Part shown: positions 61,012 through 64,000 of the stretch, one piece after another
Layout of the letters: each line of letters starts with the position of its first letter
Numbering within the stretch: the stretch's first letter is position 1
Source: a bacterium
GTDB taxonomy: Bacteria > Zixibacteria > MSB-5A5 > GN15 > FEB-12
Assembly: GCA_043811375.1 (NCBI GenBank)
Contig: JBDRNJ010000064.1
Coordinates: 1-64,000, forward strand
Direction: 5' to 3'
Length of the DNA: 64,000 nt
Translations under genes and position numbers: made by a program
The notes under the pieces: generated by a model
Database searches by the model: none
The model's input: the letters and a program-made list of their open reading frames with translations, nothing else
Told to the model about the DNA's origin: nothing

Positions 61012-63072
61012 ATGTCAGGAGATCTTAGCAGGAGTAGCGGCTCATCTGAGGGCATGCTGGACTCCTTTCTGTTCAGATTCGGTACCAGGTTGCTTATGGG
61101 CCTGGGAGTGATCGTCATCATTCTGACTCTGACTCATTGTACTGTCAAGAAGCCGGAATCTCCACAATGGAACACGCAATTGACCATCCCGGTGGTCAAT
61201 CGAATCTACACCATGGATGAATTGATCGGCAAAATTGACCAGGATGGCGTGGGGATAGACTCGGCCGGGAATATTACTTTTTCAGTCACCGAGGAATTGG
61301 ACACGGTACGGTTGGATGAGGATATGTTGACGACATCCAACCTGTCCTATTCAGTCTCCGAGCAACTCGGTATTGTCAGTATTGATCCACCTGCCGTTGA
61401 TCCCGTTTCGGTATCGCTGGCCTCAATATCCGGTCTGGCCAGTTCGTTGCCGGGTGACAGTGCGGCGGTGGTGGCGACGAGTTTTGATCTGTTTAATGAT
61501 ATGCCCACCATCACCGAGTTCTCGTCGGCTACGATCACCTCCGGGCAGGTGAACATAGATGTTGACAACAATCTCGGTATCGATCTCGACACTGTAATCG
61601 TACAGCTCTATGATGTCGGCAACGCCGTGATAGTGGCGATCGACACGTTCCCGGGAGGGATCGCCGGTGGAGTGTCGGCCCAGTTACCGATCGTGCTGGA
61701 CGGTACGACGGTTTCCAACTCACTGAGAGTCATCAGCCATATACATACTCCCAGCGGCATTATCGATTCCGCCTCGACTCGTTACATCAGCACCGGACTC
61801 TCATTCAGCGACAGTCTGCAGGTCTCTTCAGCCATGGCCGAGATACCGGCTTTGTCGCGTTCGTTCACCCAGCAGGTGTTGTTGGGTGAAACGGATCGCA
61901 TCGATAGTGCCACTCTGGCGGCGGGCAACCTCAGCATGACTATCGTAAACGCCACCAACCTGACCGCCAGTGTGACCGTCAGCATCCCGGATGTCATTTC
62001 CGCGACGGGTGATTCACTGACTGTCGTCAGATCGGTGGCAGCTCGCCAGAATCTGGTGATTACTCAGGACCTGGCCGGTTACCGACTGGTGCCGACAGAT
62101 ATTTCGGTACCGCAGGGTCTGGATATCAACGTCGATGCCACAGCCCCCGGGACCGCACCACAACATGTTCAGGTAAGCCAGTCAGACAGCTTTCATGTCG
62201 AGGCATCTCTGATATCGCTGGCATTCAGCTCTGTCTCCGGTGTGTTCGATAGTGTCAGCGCCGGTTTTGCCGATATCGGGCAGGACATCGAGGTGCCGAG
62301 CGGTCTTGATTCGGTTCAGTTCGTGACCGCCGTATTGACCCTGGAGATTGAGAACGGTGTTGATTTGCCGGGTTCTCTTGATATCCAGATCACCGGAAAC
62401 AACGGTAAGAACCTGTCGTTCACGGGTGCCGTTGCCGCCGGCGGCAGCAGTTCGACTATCACCAGGCTCAGTGACAGCACTGTCGCTGATTTCCTGTCGC
62501 CAATTCCGTCTCATATCGATGTTTCCGGGTCAATTGTGATGGGCGATGGTGCCTATGCCGTTACGGTAAACGCCGATGATTTCGTGCTGGGACGGGTCAG
62601 GATCGAGGCCCCGCTGGAGATGGTCATTCCCCGAACCCAGGTCGAGACCGATATTGAAAGCGAAAAAATCGATCAGAACGATATCGACGTTATCACCGAC
62701 CACTTCATTTCCGGTCGGTTTGTATACAACATCATCAACCACCTGCCGCTGGGTGCCTACGTCAATGTGTTTTTCGCCGGTGACTCGGCCTCGGTTTACA
62801 CGGATCCTCTGAAGACCTTTGATTCCCTGTACATCACGGCCGCCCCGGTTTCAGCATCCGGAATCGTGACCGATACGGCAGCCACCGGCTACCAGGAAAT
62901 CTATATCGACAGCGCCGACGTACGTCGCCTGCTGGCCAATGACACGCTCTTTATCGGGCAGGAGTTGATTCTGGAAGGCTCCGGCGGACAGCCGGTCAAG
63001 CTGATGCAGAATGACTATGTGACGGTCATCGGGCGCTTCGAAATCGAGTATCTCTTCGACGGGGAATTCTAA
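61012..63072 (+). CDS. Large acidic beta-rich hypothetical exported protein, probably a lipoprotein
   Basis: Hydrophobic stretch ending LTLTH-C, then PQWNTQLTIP; open frame of about 690 aa; start uncertain. Confidence 0.75.
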   Translation: MSGDLSRSSGSSEGMLDSFLFRFGTRLLMGLGVIVIILTLTHCTVKKPESPQWNTQLTIPVVNRIYTMDELIGKIDQDGVGIDSAGNITFSVTEELDTVRLDEDMLTTSNLSYSVSEQLGIVSIDPPAVDPVSVSLASISGLASSLPGDSAAVVATSFDLFNDMPTITEFSSATITSGQVNIDVDNNLGIDLDTVIVQLYDVGNAVIVAIDTFPGGIAGGVSAQLPIVLDGTTVSNSLRVISHIHTPSGIIDSASTRYISTGLSFSDSLQVSSAMAEIPALSRSFTQQVLLGETDRIDSATLAAGNLSMTIVNATNLTASVTVSIPDVISATGDSLTVVRSVAARQNLVITQDLAGYRLVPTDISVPQGLDINVDATAPGTAPQHVQVSQSDSFHVEASLISLAFSSVSGVFDSVSAGFADIGQDIEVPSGLDSVQFVTAVLTLEIENGVDLPGSLDIQITGNNGKNLSFTGAVAAGGSSSTITRLSDSTVADFLSPIPSHIDVSGSIVMGDGAYAVTVNADDFVLGRVRIEAPLEMVIPRTQVETDIESEKIDQNDIDVITDHFISGRFVYNIINHLPLGAYVNVFFAGDSASVYTDPLKTFDSLYITAAPVSASGIVTDTAATGYQEIYIDSADVRRLLANDTLFIGQELILEGSGGQPVKLMQNDYVTVIGRFEIEYLFDGEF

Positions 63073-63083
63073 CGGAGGTCACC

Positions 63084-64000
63084 ATGAACAACTCAATGAT
63101 AACACAGATTGACGTTAATCGTAGAAAACGCAGCCTGACGGCAGCGATTATTCTCACTGCCGTCCTGGCACTGGTCCTCGGGGGTGACACTATCGCCGCC
63201 GGCCGCACCTCAGCTCGTGGAGTGGCGATGGGAGAAGCCATGACAGGTCTGGCTGCCGGTGTGGATGCTGCCCGCTACAACCCGGCCAACCTGGGTCTGG
63301 AGGGGTACCGTCAGTCGGGAATCGAACTGATCGGTCTGGGGGCCAACATCTCCAACAACGCTTTCACTCTCGGTGACTACAACCGGTATACGGGTGCTTT
63401 TCTGACCGACGCCGACAAGGATGATATTCTCGAATCCGTTCCCCGGGAGGGGCTGACTCTCGTAGCCGATGTTCAGGCTTCGGCTATGTCACTGGCCATG
63501 GGGTCATTTGTTTTCAGCACCACCGGTGTCGGTCTTGTCGACGCCAATATCAGCAGGGACGTCATCGACCTGATGTTCAACGGCAATTCTTTTGCCGATG
63601 TTATCGATCTTACGGGCACTCACCTGGACGCTGTCGGCTACGCCGCGCTGGGCTGTCGTATGGAATGCCTATCCATCGTTCCGGAAACCGGCAGGTGGCC
63701 GTGGGAGCGACCATCAGCTACCTGCGGGGTCTGGCGGTGGAGCGGATCGTTGAGCTGGAAGGGATGGTGGCGACCTACGAGACCGGCTTCAGCGGCGACG
63801 GCCGTCTGATTGCCCAAACCGCTACCGGCGGCTCCGGTTACGCTCTTGATGTGGGTGCTGCAGCCCGTATCAACAACAACTACACGGTCGGTATCTCTAT
63901 CAAGAATTTCCTCAGCACTCTGAAATGGACGCAACAGACAGAAGAACACGGCTACCTTTTCAGTTTCGACACCGTGACGGTGGACAATATGAGCGACGAC
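63084..64000 (+). CDS. Outer-membrane FadL/PorV/DUF5723-like beta-barrel; frameshift near 63651; 3' truncated by window
   Basis: Signal peptide, SARGVAMG...YNPANLG; the -1 frame from 63653 stays open to the window end (LSYGMP...GYALDVG...VGISIKN). Confidence 0.75.

Overview
Bacterial chromosomal window, moderately GC-rich by eye. Dockerin-type and FlgD/T9SS-like C-terminal domains on secreted proteins suggest an FCB-related uncultured lineage such as Zixibacteria; this is inference, not tested. Most of the window is housekeeping: proS-rimP-nusA-infB-DUF503-rbfA-DHH-truB-ribF-rpsO-pnp-M16 peptidase-deacetylase-leuS, a complete F-type ATP synthase operon, and yceD-rpmF-plsX-fabHDG-acpP-fabF-rnc. 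Accessory content includes tRNA-Arg(CCG), sugar-nucleotide genes, an S9 peptidase, a WYL regulator, an IS30 element and several palindromic repeat families. The most interesting signals are: (1) two secreted dockerin-ending proteins, a ~2,980-aa modular giant and an FG-GAP/PKD protein with a cohesin-like domain next to its dockerin, hinting at a non-cellulosomal cohesin-dockerin surface assembly; (2) an IS30 whose transposase takes its last codons and stop from the palindromic repeat it sits in; (3) a MITE-like element inserted in the loop of a REP-like hairpin; (4) an outer-membrane beta-barrel gene between atpA and atpG. Two genes are frameshifted at short homopolymers, probably from sequencing error. 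No CRISPR array, rRNA, prophage or reverse transcriptase was seen. All family calls are by visual motif recognition; no searches were run.
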